A stretch of 64,000 nt of DNA. Origin: Octopus vulgaris (Eukaryota). The position numbers and the translations under genes are program-made. The DNA lies in assembly GCA_951406725.2 (NCBI GenBank), contig OX597836.1, forward strand, positions 9,486,001-9,550,000, in the 5' to 3' direction. Each line of letters opens with the position of its first letter. Position 1 is the first letter of the stretch. Of this stretch, positions 38,030 through 48,650 are shown one piece after another. Below the pieces are notes generated by a model. The model searched no databases. It had not been told where the DNA came from and worked only from the letters and a program-made list of their open reading frames with translations.

Positions 38030-38416
38030 ACATCATCGTTTAACCTCCGGTCTCCATGCTGGCATGGGTCGGACAGTTTGACTGAGGACTGGCAGCACCA
38101 GGCTCCAGTCTTGATCTGGCAGAGTTTCAACAGCTGGATGCCCTTCCTAACGCCAACCACTCCGAGAGTGTAGTGGGTGCTTTTAAAGTGCCACCAGCAC
38201 AAGGGCCAGTCAGGTGGTACTGGCAACGGCCACACTCAAATGGTGCTTTTCTACGTGCCACCTGCACAGGAGCCAGTCCAGCGGCACTGGTAATGACCTC
38301 GCTCGAATGTTTTTTCACGTGCCAGTAAGGTGATGCTGGTATCGATCATGCTTGAACGGTGCATTTTACGTGCCACCGGCACAGAAGCCAGTTAGCTGCT
38401 CTGGCAATGATCACAC
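38030..38416 (-). mobile_element. RTE-tail element
   Basis: CAGCTGGATGCCCTTCCTAACGCCAACC core and (CAT)n. Confidence 0.85.
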
Positions 38417-38496
38417 TGGTCATATGTTTGTTTATATACTGTTAGGTAACTTGTTACAGTTACAAGAGCTAATCAGTTACTTACTTGTATTGAATA

Positions 38497-38888
38497 TCTT
38501 TATATATAAAAGTCAAGTTGTGTGTCTGTCTACTCCGATTTAGATTCCTAACTACTACCACATTTTGCGGTGCAGTTTAACCAAAACCGGGTATCTTATA
38601 GTCATGATTCATATCGAGCCCTTCTGGGTATTAGCGCGTGTCTACGATGAGTCTACGATTTAAAAAATAATTTACCATCATTCTTTCCATTTTAATGCAT
38701 ATTTTTTAAATATAAGGGAAGTAACTCTCTAAAAATGTCTACGATGAGTCAACGATTTAAAAAAAAATTTACCATAATTTTTTTTTCATTTTTAATGCAT
38801 TTTTTGCTATTTCTTGGCTATAACTCTCTAAAAATGCTTTATAGTTATTTCCCTTACGAACCCGAGCAACGCCGGGCGATACTGCTAG
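38497..38888 (+). mobile_element. Non-autonomous Helitron (same family as 34421)
   Basis: A|TC ... hairpin ... CTAG|T. Confidence 0.9.
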
Positions 38889-39196
38889 TATAATATAACG
38901 AAGCAGGAGAGAAGAAAGTATATACACGATGCACTACCATTAATATTACACGAGACTCAATGCTCTTTATCAAAGGCTCACAGTGAACTGCTACCCACAC
39001 ACACTGCCAATCGCTCACAGTTCTTTAATTTATAACAATAAGTTAGTTCACCTTTAGTCACTTGGGGGTGGTCAGAATTCTTCCATAACAGTCTGTTTAT
39101 CGATACTTTTTAATTATTTTGATTGATTAATAATTTTATTTATTTTTTAAAATTTTCTTTTTAGATGACAAATTGAGAAGAAAAAATAATAAACAA

Positions 39197-39925
39197 ATGG
39201 AGATTTTAGGAGTGGAAAATTATATTCGAAATGCTTATAAAATAAAAGATACCTCATTGAACTTGAGCCATCGTTGTCTAACTGTGATACCATCGAATCT
39301 GATTAACTTGAAATGGATTCATAGATTAATGCTTAACAACAACAAACTGCTTTTACCGCCAGAAGTCAGTGAATTAGTTGAGTTGGAAGAACTTACATTG
39401 GACCATAACATGCTTACTCTTCTACCGAACAAAATAGAGAAATTACAAAATCTGAAAAGACTCATTTGCTGTCACAACCCACTTGGAACAGTCATGCCAG
39501 AAATTGGTTACCTGCATCAGCTCCAAGAACTTTGGTTGAACGCTTGTCAGCTCATGTTTTTACCGAAGGAAATTGGCAACTTGAAAAACTTGTGTAAATT
39601 CAGTGCAAAAGTTAATAAGTTGAATTCCATACCAGATACTATAGGTGGACTTACTAAACTCCATTGGATTAACTTATCCAGTAATTTAGTCTCAGACCTT
39701 CCTGAAAGTTTTGGTAAGCTTCGGTCGCTCAACCATGTCAACTTGAGTTGTAATAAGTTTAAAACGCTTCCACAGTGTTTTCTTACTTTACCACAAATTA
39801 TGGTGTTAGACTTAAGGGAAAATGAGATAGCTGACCTCCCCGATGACTTCCTGACAGCGTTTCCTAACTTGAATCGACTTGACTTGAGAGAGAACATAAT
39901 TCAAGAAGCACCACAGTCATGGCAG
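39197..39925 (+). CDS. Leucine-rich repeat protein, main coding exon (about 9-10 typical 23-aa LRRs; SHOC2/RSU1-like class)
   Basis: LxxLxLxxNxLxxLPxxIxxL repeats; acceptor TTTTCTTTTTAG at 39164; first in-frame ATG 39197; donor CAG|GTAAGT at 39925, phase 0. Confidence 0.9.
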
Positions 39926-40038
39926 GTAAGTCTTGTGTCTCTTCTTGGAGAACTTAGGGAGAAATTGCAAGATTTTAAAGAATTTAAATCAGTGTTTCTC
40001 AACCAGGGTTCACATCACCTTTGGGGTTTTATATATAA

Positions 40039-40410
40039 CTAGCAGTATCCCCTGGCGTTGCTCGGGTTTGTTTCGACCCTTTAGAATTGGAATTTTTGAA
40101 AAGTAAAAATTTTGCATTACGTAGCTTGTTATTCTCTTTAAGTGAACATTTTTCTGGTTGAAATACACCGAAAAATGGCAACACAGCTGTCAAAAAATCG
40201 TAAAAAATAGGGATTTTCATAGAAAAAAAGCACCTTTTTGATGTAAATAATTTTTGGTGTTAACATGGTCTGATTTGAATGAAGAGCAAGCCTTCTTCTA
40301 TCATACTCTCAATTTTGGCCAACTTGAGCTGCAGGGTCTCGGAGGAGATAGTGTTAGTTGAAGGCTACCTAACCTGCCATGTACAGACAACTTCAGCTTT
40401 ATATATATAT
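40039..40410 (-). mobile_element. Non-autonomous Helitron
   Basis: Reverse strand ends CCCGAGCAACGCCAGGGGATACTGCTAG|T, same terminus as the 34421 family but different body. Confidence 0.8.
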
Positions 40411-40806
40411 ACTCTTACTCTTTACTCTTTTACTTGTTTCAGTAATTTGACTGCGGCCATGCTGGAGCACCACCTTTAATCGAGCAACTCAACCCCGGGA
40501 CTTATTTTTTTGTATGCCCAGTACTTCTTCTATCGGTCTCATTTGCCGAACCGCTAAGTAACGGGGACATAAACATACCAGCATCGGTGGTCAAGCAATG
40601 CTAGGGGGACAAACACAGACATGCATATATATATATATACATATATACGACGGGCTTCTTTCAGTTTCCATCTACCAAATCCACTCACAAGGCTTTGGTC
40701 GGCCCGAGGCTATAGCAGAAGACACTTGCCCAAGGTGTCACGCAGTGGGACTGAACCCGGAACCATGTGGTTGGTAAACAAGCTACTTACCGCCACTCCT
40801 ACGCCT
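40411..40806 (-). mobile_element. SINE family A, full length
   Basis: Reverse complement of 15942-16343. Confidence 0.9.
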
Positions 40807-41382
40807 ATATAGAGATTTTGTTGTCAAAATTTATGTGTCCACAATACACAAAATATTCTGACATTTTTTTTATACAATTCATAATATTTTATTACAAAAA
40901 TATAAGAGGGTTTCTATTAAATGGGTATGAGGGTCCAGCTGAGCAAAATAGGAATCGAAAGAGTCCATAGGTAAAAAATGGTTGAGAAGCCCTGATTTAA
41001 ATTTTCTCTAATCAGGTAATAATACAAAGAGGTATGGCAACGTTCCTTGTGATTTTCTCGTTAAGAAAGATCCGCCGCAAACTAGCAGCAGAATGAGATG
41101 GACATTGTGAGGATGATAATAGTGATGATAAAGATGAAAATCATCATCATCTTCATTTAATGTCCACTTTTCCCATACTTGCTTGAGTCAGATGGAATTT
41201 CACCACCATCATCATCATCATCGATTAACGTCCGTTTTCCCTGCTGGTATGGGTTGGACGTTTTGAATTTTGAATATTTGGGCTGGTCTGATCATGACTT
41301 CTTAAATAAGAAACCATGCAATATTGCATCAGGTTTGGTTAAGGAGGTCTCGCCCTGGTACGTGATGTGTGTTTCTTTATAT

Positions 41383-41464
41383 TTCCCCTGATGAAGGAGT
41401 AATTATTGTGATGCACCCTCGTGCATTAAATGCGGTGATGAACCCCTGAAATGGCCATAGGGAA
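41383..41464 (+). ncRNA. Minimal type I hammerhead ribozyme motif
   Basis: Stem I TTCCC/GGGAA; CTGATGA 41388-41394; stem II AGGAGT/ACCCCT (one mismatch); GAAA 41448-41451; palindromic TGGCCA; AUA cleavage triplet. Confidence 0.75.
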
Positions 41465-41474
41465 TGTAAATATG

Positions 41475-41843
41475 GTCAGTCCCCTGTCACCCCCTCTGTG
41501 AGTCAGTCCCCTATCATCCCCTCTGTGAGTCAGTCCCCTATCATCCCCTCTGTGAGTCAGTCCCCTGTCATCCCCTCTGTAAGTCAGTCCCCTGTCATCC
41601 CCTCTGTAAGTCAATCTCCTGTCACCCCCTCTGTGAATCAGTCCCCTGTCATCCCCTCTGTGAGTCAGTCCCCTGTCACCCCCTCTATAAGTCAGTCCCC
41701 TGTCACCCCTCTATGAGTCAGTCCCCTGTCACCCCTCTATGAGTCAGTCCCCTGTCACCCCTTCTGTGAGTCAGTCCCCTGTCACCCCCTCTGTGAGTCA
41801 GTCCCCTGTCACCCCTTCTGTGAGTCAGCCCCCTGTCATCCCC
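41475..41843. repeat. 27-bp minisatellite, about 13.5 units
   Basis: Unit GAGTCAGTCCCCTGTCAYCCCCTCTGT. Confidence 0.97.
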
Positions 41844-42171
41844 AGTTATACTTCCATGTAGGTCAAAAAATGTAAACATGGCATGTTATATTTTTTAACC
41901 TTGAATTTAAACAAAGTAAATTTCTCTTTGTATTGTGAAAAGGTGTGTGACTGGTTGTTTTGTTTTTTTTTTGTTGTTGAAATTCTTGAGAGTTTACAAT
42001 AATTCCTATTGTTTACGTTTTTTATTTTCACTGAATGCCAGCCGAATCTATTTGACATTTCAAAGACGAAAAGAGCAATTGGGTCATGGTATTTAAATTC
42101 CCATATTTTGTTTGAAAATGAAATTATTTCTTTGTGGGCCTCAAAATGGGAGACCATCATTATTTTGTTTC

Positions 42172-42400
42172 TTAACCCTTTAGCATTCAGATTGTTCTTG
42201 TCAAATGTAAAGCTTATCTATTCACAGCGTTTTGAATCAACCATGAATTATCTTATAGCTTCAAGATTTCAATGATGTGATTGTGTACGTTTAAAATGAC
42301 ATTGTAGAGTAGGTGTGAAAGGGTGGATCTGGTCAGTTTGAATATAAAACAAGAAGAATATTTGGGCCAGGTGTGACAGGTTTGAATGCTAATTGGCTAA
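42172..42400. mobile_element. TTAA-flanked (piggyBac-like) MITE, family 1
   Basis: TTAACCCTTTAGCATTCA ... TGAATGCTAATTGGCTAA; relatives at 63379-63608 and about 55980-56097. Confidence 0.7.
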
Positions 42401-42544
42401 TGATGATGTTCAACGATTTTGTTTTATGATAACATCACTGTTATATTAATTAGGTAAAAAAAAAAAATAATAACATTTTAAAAAATGTAAAAAAAAACTG
42501 CCATAAAAATCAGTCAATTTATTTCTACTAATGATTCATTTCAG

Positions 42545-43042
42545 GATGTTGGTTATATCTTAACTGGGAGATGTGAAGATGATGTTATTTTGGTTGATCC
42601 AGACTACTTCAAAATAAGGAAGCAAAAACCACACAGCAGTCGGAGAGAACACAGCTGCTCCAAAACCAGCATCTGTGAAACGATTACTAATCAGACCGAA
42701 AGAAACAAGACCATTTCTACCAGGGACAAAGATGTTGCCCAAACCAAGGTCATTAATGATGTGATTACAGAGAACGGAGGTCACATCTCAGCTGTCAGTG
42801 TTAAACAAGACTTTACCAGAAGTGAATGGAATGTAAATAACGGCAGTATTAGACAAAAAGGAAGCATTGTTCAGATTGAAGCTAACAATGTAAGGACTAT
42901 GGAAGGCACAAAGGGCTTGATCTCTTTGGGCAATGTTAAAGAACACTTGGTTGTCCAAGATGAATCAGTTAGAATTAAAATGGGAGAAAATAAAATGAAT
43001 TGTATACATATTCTACAAAATTCTGAATATAAACCACCTTAG
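42545..43042 (+). CDS. LRR protein, terminal coding exon (165 aa, low-complexity/likely disordered tail)
   Basis: Branch-like CTAAT and acceptor ATTCATTTCAG at 42544; phase 0 continues ...PQSWQ|DVGYILTGRCEDD in frame with ORF 42590-43042; AATAAA at about 43077. Confidence 0.8.
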   Translation, partial: DVGYILTGRCEDDVILVDPDYFKIRKQKPHSSRREHSCSKTSICETITNQTERNKTISTRDKDVAQTKVINDVITENGGHISAVSVKQDFTRSEWNVNNGSIRQKGSIVQIEANNVRTMEGTKGLISLGNVKEHLVVQDESVRIKMGENKMNCIHILQNSEYKPP

Positions 43043-43992
43043 ACTTGTTTGAGTAATTAGCATTTTTATTTACCTCAATAAAAATACAGAATTTATTCCC
43101 AAAGTTGCTTTCATAAATCCCTGTAACCTTGTCGAGCCATTGAGACAACCGCGAAGAATTTTTTCTTTGTGGCATTGGTTTCCTAAACTGGATGAGAGAA
43201 CTTGAAATTAGCACAGAAATTTAACAAAAATAAAAGACACTTGTTAATTTTGTAGTGTTGCCTCTGTAGCTGTAAACCTATAACACACTGTGCTGCCTGC
43301 TAACGGCGTGCTGAGAATTAAGTGTATTATCAAGGACATAACACTGGACGGTCACAAGATGCAAATTGCAGCTGCCTTGACTATTTGCTTCTTTATTATA
43401 AACTCATCAATCCATTCTCTCATATGTATTTATATGAATTCTTACAAAATTTGTGTTTATCTTTTATCTTTTACTTGTTTCAGTCATGAGACTGTGGCCA
43501 TGCTGGGGCATTGCATTGAAAATTTTTTATGGGGTTGTTAGTGTAGGGTTAAAGTATTTTTTGAAGGTGTGCTCAGGAAATAAAAAGAGGAAATGAAAAA
43601 TTAATGATGGTAGTGATACAGTTAATAGCTCCAAGTAGTACCAGTTGTCTTATAATGCTTGTCACCAGGGCAACCAAGAGATGGCAAAAATGTTGTAGAA
43701 TTTTTGTCATTTAAATCCAATCACATACCATAACATTTCTTGATCCATTTTGTATTGATTAAAGGATGCTACTTTGGTGTGTGATAACGAAGTTATTTTA
43801 CTAAATTCTTTTTTATATTTAAAGTAATTGAAAGAAACACAGAGCATCTCAAAATAAATACAGTAATGAAAGGGTGAAAGAAAAGCTTTTTTATGTCTTT
43901 GAAATTATGGGCTAAATTTCTTTAAAGAGGTGGATATACAGTTCATCTAGTACCTATACCACTTTCTACTGCAGCTGATGATAGTAACAATG

Positions 43993-44214
43993 TTAACCCC
44001 TTCGTTACTGTATTTATCTTGAGATGCTCTGTGTTTCTTTCAATTATTTTAAATATAAAAAAGAATTTAGTAAAATAACTTCGTTATCATTAAGCTAGTG
44101 TTAGGAACGTAAATTGTGACTAAGGTTTGGTGGAAGATTTTAATTAAAAACTTATGAAAACAAGACATTTTACCACAGAGCCAGTTTTGGCCGGGTTAGT
44201 AACAAAAGGGTTAA
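43993..44214. mobile_element. TTAA-flanked (piggyBac-like) MITE, family 2
   Basis: TTAA|CCCCTTCGTTACT ... AGTAACAAAAGGG|TTAA; other copies 56094-56322, partial 63708-63830, inverted partial 43786-43878. Confidence 0.85.
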
Positions 44215-44409
44215 AGAGTGGGGTAGAAGTCAAAATCTTATGGTATTTATTAGAGGGAAAGCTCTATCAGGGGCTCCTAATATCAACAGTACTAACCAGT
44301 TTCTAAATCCTCTAAATAGAACAGGTATAATTAAGAAAAAGATTGTAACAATGTCATTTGTGTATGTTTTGTTGTGAAATGGACAGGTTGGGCAGGTGTA
44401 AGTAAACTG

Positions 44410-44710
44410 CGACTCCTTCAGTTTCAATGACGAGGGTTCCGGTTGACCCCCCCCACCAATGTAACAGCCTGCTCATGGAATTAACATGCAAGTGGCTGAG
44501 TATTCCACAGACATGCATGCTGTTAATGTAGTTTTCAGGGAGAGTCAGCATGACACAGAATGTGACAAGGCTGGTCCCTTTGAAATACAGGTGCAACTTA
44601 TTTTTGCCAGCTGAGTGACTGGAGCAAGGACATAACACAGCAGTGGGGACCAAACTCATGACCTCATGGTCATAAGCTGAATAACTCAACCACTAAGCCA
44701 CATGCCTTCC
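44410..44710 (-). mobile_element. tRNA-derived SINE, family C
   Basis: Minus strand head GTGGCTTAGTGGTT...GAGTTTGGTCCC followed by TGCTCCAGTCACTCAGCTGG core. Confidence 0.6.
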
Positions 44711-44841
44711 CAAGCATAAATTAAAGGATGAATCCATCTGAGAAATTAAGAGACTGTAGGTGTAATAATACAGTTCTATATCTAAGAGGTGAGGAATTAT
44801 TTACATTCGACGGATATTTGTCCTCATCTTGTTTGTTGTTA

Positions 44842-44885
44842 ACACAACGTTTCGGCTGATATACCCTCCAGCCTTCTTCAGGTGT
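44842..44885 (-). ncRNA. Minimal type I hammerhead ribozyme motif
   Basis: Minus strand ACAC-CTGAAGA-A-GGCTG(gagggtatat)CAGCC-GAAA-CG-TT-GTGT: stems I and II perfectly paired, GUU triplet. Confidence 0.85.
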
Positions 44886-44935
44886 CTTGGGGAAATTTCG
44901 AACCTGGGTTCTCATTCCTAAGGTATTTTTTGATG

Positions 44936-45159
44936 AGCTGGCAGAAACGTTAGCACGCCGGGCGAAATGTTTAGCGGTACTTCGTCTGTCGTTACGCTGT
45001 GAGTTCAAATTCCGCCGAGGTCGACTTTGCCTTTCATCCTTTCGGGGGTCGATTAAATAAGTACTAGTTGCGCACTGGGGTCGATGTAATCGACTTAATA
45101 CCTACGTCTGTCCTTGTTTGTCTCTTCTATGTTTAGCCCCTTGTGGGTAATAAAGAAAT
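44936..45159 (+). mobile_element. SINE family B, full length with 15-bp TSD
   Basis: B-box GAGTTCAAATTCC, core GACTTTGCCTTTCATCCTTTCGGGG; TSD AGGTATTTTTTGATG at 44921-44935 and 45160-45174. Confidence 0.9.
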
Positions 45160-45878
45160 AGGTATTTTTTGATGTTGTTGTTGTTGTTCAGGTCACTGCC
45201 TGAACCTAGAAGTGGGTCAAACCTAAAACAATGGATTGACCTTTCAGTGACCAGCAAAGGTCTCTAGAAGTAGCAGTTTCTTATTATTCTCCTACCATAG
45301 AGATAAAACTATGGAATCAGACAGTCATCTGATAAGCAACGAATGTGTAGATTCAGTTTCAAAGTAGTACCAGTTGTCTTATAATGCTTGTCACCAGAAT
45401 CTACCATGGCAACCAAGAGATGGCAAAAATGTTGTAGAATTTTTGTCATTTAAATCCAATCACATACCATAACATTTCTTGATCCATTTTGTATTGATTA
45501 AAGGATGCTACTTTGGTGTGTGATCTACAAGGTTACTTTTCAGGTTTACTTTTCAATTTCTAAAAATCCGTAAGATGTTGGCTAAAGATTTTTACAATGT
45601 AATCAGCAACAAGACAAAGGCAGTTACATTTTTTCAAAGAAACTAGCACGAAATTCAAATCATTTCTGAAGAAAAGGAAGGTGCCACTTTAGCATGTGAT
45701 CTACTATTTAAAGGGAGATAACTTTAGGTTAGTTTACTTTGTGTTAGTGTAACTTTTCGTGTAATCTATGTAAGCAAATTTACTTTCATGGGTGATCTAT
45801 GCACTGATTTTAATTATTATACAGTTTTCTTATTAAAATAGTAAGAAGTTTGCAAAAATACATTTACAATGCTAAGTT

Positions 45879-47162
45879 TTGGGTTGGCAACTAAGTTCCT
45901 GCCGTTTTTTAAATTTAAATTTTTTAAAAGGTTTAATAAAAAAAAACAACTAATTTATCAATAATGTATTCACCCTTGTTGTTTACAACTTCTTCCCAAC
46001 GTTCAACAAGATTTTCAATTCCTCGTTGGTAGAAATCACCCGATTTCGACTCGAAAAATAGATACCACAAAGCTCTCAATTCTGCACCAGTATTGAATGA
46101 AACTCCGCGCATAGCATTTGAAAGAGATCGAAAGAGGTGGAAATCCGTTGGTGCCAAATCAGGAGAGCACGGTGGCCGTGGCAGCACTTTCCAGCCATGT
46201 ATTTGAATGGTTTCTTTGGTCATATTGGCAATATGAGGGCGGGCGTTGTTGTGCAGCAGAAGAACTCCATGCTGCCGGTTAGGTCATTTCTCTTGAATAG
46301 TGTTGAGCCGTTCCATCCGTTGAACATAGATATCCGTGTTGACCGTTTGGTTCCGTGCAAGCAATTCATAATGGATAATCCCTTCCCAGTCCCACCATAT
46401 GCACATTGTTTTACACGGATGAAGATCTTGTTTCACACGTGGTGTCGCTTGTTTATCGGGGCTAAGCCATTCCTTACGCTGCTTCATATTGATGTACAGA
46501 CACCATTTTTCACCACCAGTAACAATTCAGTAAAGAAATCATTGCTTGTGTCCATGAGTTGAGCGGTGACGAGCAAGCAGACCAGCAGAAATTGTGGCTT
46601 GTTGATTTTTGTTGTTGTCACTTAAAGCATGCAGAACCCATGCTCCATACTTCTGAACCTTTCCCATCGAGTGAAGATGCTTCTCTATAGCAGTGTGGGA
46701 GCATTCCATTTTCTCTACCAGTTCCCTTGTCGTTTGATGAGAATTTTCATGCAAAAGTTGGTTTAATCGCTCTTCATCGAACTCAACTGGATGGCCAAAA
46801 CAAGGTGTGTCTTTGAGGTCAAAATTTCCATTTTTGAACTTGGCATACCAATCACGAGCAGTTCTTTCAGCTACAACACCCTCTCCATACACAGCACAAA
46901 TGTCGCGAGCAGCTTTTGCAGCCTTAGAAACTTGATTAAAAGCAAAAAGAAGGTGTCAAAAATGCTTGGTTTTCTTAATTTGACATTCCATTTTAATGAT
47001 CTGAAAATAAACTAAAATTAACTAGAAAAAAACCCAAAAAACAAAATATATTCCAAAAATGATTCAAAAATAGAATTCTCGAAAAAAATAGATTCCAAAA
47101 TTTAAAAACGCAGTAAATTCCAAAATTAAAAAAAAACGGTGGGAACTTAGTTGCCAACCCAA
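45879..47162 (-). mobile_element. Full-length mariner transposon (about 1.28 kb) with inactivated transposase
   Basis: TIRs TTGGGTTGGCAACTAAGTTCC; ATG at 46991; HTH, WVLHAL (WVPHEL) and PPCSPDLAPTDFHLF motifs spread over ORFs 46539-46892, 46284-46487, 45933-46223 with stops and frameshifts. Confidence 0.95.
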
Positions 47163-47381
47163 TAGGTACAAAATAATTTAAAAAGAAACTTAAAATAATC
47201 TCCCTTGTAGATCACATGCCAAAGTAACACCATATAATGTCCATTGGTAATGAATGAATGGCAATGTGTATTCATGCACATGCAAGGTTGAGAGTAAGTC
47301 AGAACAGCCAAGTTGAATTTGAGACAGTTATTATTGTGTGTGTGTGTGTGTGCGTGCATATGTGTATGTGTGTATATATAT

Positions 47382-48062
47382 TACTCTTTACTCTTTTACT
47401 TGTTTCAGTCATTTGACTGCGGCCATGCTGGAGCAACGCCTTTAGTTGAGCAAATCGACCCCAGAGCTTATTCTTTGTAAGCCCAGTACTTATTCTATCG
47501 GTCTCTTTTGCCGAACCGCTAAGTGACGGGGACGTAAACACAGCAGCATCGGTTGTCAAGCAATGCTAGGGGGACAAACACAGACATGCATATATACATA
47601 TATATATGGGTTGGACGGTTCTACTGGGGTCTGTGAAGCCAGAAGGCTTCATCAGGCCCAGTCAAATCTGGCAGTGTTTCTACGGCTGGATGCCCTTCCT
47701 AACGCCAACCACTCCGTGAGTGTAGTGGGTGCTTTTTACGTGCCACCCGCACTGGTGCCAGACAGAGCTGGCAAACGGCCACGAACGGATGGTGCTTTTT
47801 ATGTGCCACCGGCACGAGGGCCAGGCGAGGCTGGCAACGGACACGAAACGGGGCGGTGCTGGCAACGGTCACGAAACGGAAAGTTCTCTTACATGCCACC
47901 GGCACTGGTAACACATCTGCAATTTCCATTGATCGATTTCCATTGATCGATTTCGATTCTGATCGTCACTTGCCTCAACGGGTCTTCACAAGCAGAGTTT
48001 TGACATGCCACCGGCACTGGTAGCACATCCGCAATTTCCATTGATCGATTTCGATTCTGATC
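47382..48062 (-). mobile_element. SINE family A 3' half (47382-47605) joined to an RTE-tail element (47606-48062)
   Basis: Sequence matches to both families; junction within (TA)n. Confidence 0.8.
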
Positions 48063-48226
48063 ATATATATATACGGTTTAAGCAATTAAGATTCAAGTGA
48101 GTTCTATTGAATTCACATGAATATGGTACTTGACTTGGATGCACCAGAAATCTATATGGTGTTAACCATACGACAAAGTGGGGTGATTACAAATAGGAAA
48201 AAAGCAACAAGAATGGATCAATATAA

Positions 48227-48309
48227 CGGTACAATTGTTTCGTACGAAGACATCTTTAATAAGGCTACAAAAATTGCAGTAAATATAGATGGCTCGTACT
48301 CATCAGCCG
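48227..48309 (-). ncRNA. Minimal type I hammerhead ribozyme motif
   Basis: Minus strand CGG-CTGATGA-GTACGA(large loop)TCGTAC-GAAA-CAATTG-TA-CCG: intact core, G-C closed stem II, palindromic stem III, GUA triplet. Confidence 0.88.
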
Positions 48310-48372
48310 AAAAAACATCTGAGATTCCCAAACATCAAAGGGGGTAATGTTACACTTGTGAAACATCATTTT

Positions 48373-48408
<36 letters not shown>

Positions 48409-48424
48409 AGCGTATGTAATTATT

Positions 48425-48650
48425 TTCTCGGCCACTGCTAGCTCTCCCTGGCACCTGTGCCGGTGGCACGTAAAAAGTACCCACTACACTCATGGAGTGG
48501 TTGGCGTTAGGAAGGGCATCCAGCTGTAGAAACACTGCCAGATCAGACTGGAGCTTGGTGCAGCTCCCTGGCTTCCCAGACCACGCTCGAACCGTCCAAC
48601 CCGTGCTAGCACGGAAAACGGACGTTAAACGATGATGATGATGATGATGA
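48425..48650 (+). mobile_element. RTE-tail element
   Basis: Family core and (GAT)n tail. Confidence 0.85.

Larger units (their letters stand above)
39990..40994. mobile_element. hAT (Charlie-like) MITE with nested Helitron and SINE
   Basis: TIRs CAGTGTTTCTCAACC / GGTTGAGAAGCCCTG; perfect 8-bp TSD ATTTAAAT (39982-39989, 40995-41002). Confidence 0.85.
44771..45202 (-). mobile_element. Short non-coding hammerhead-bearing retroelement, split by a SINE insertion
   Basis: Contains the hammerhead at 44842-44885; continuity across the SINE shown by the 15-bp TSD; outer boundaries approximate. Confidence 0.6.

Noticed and set aside
39926-40042. C-terminal 38 aa of ORF 39173-40042
   Set aside because: Read-through past a consensus donor into intron and a hAT MITE.
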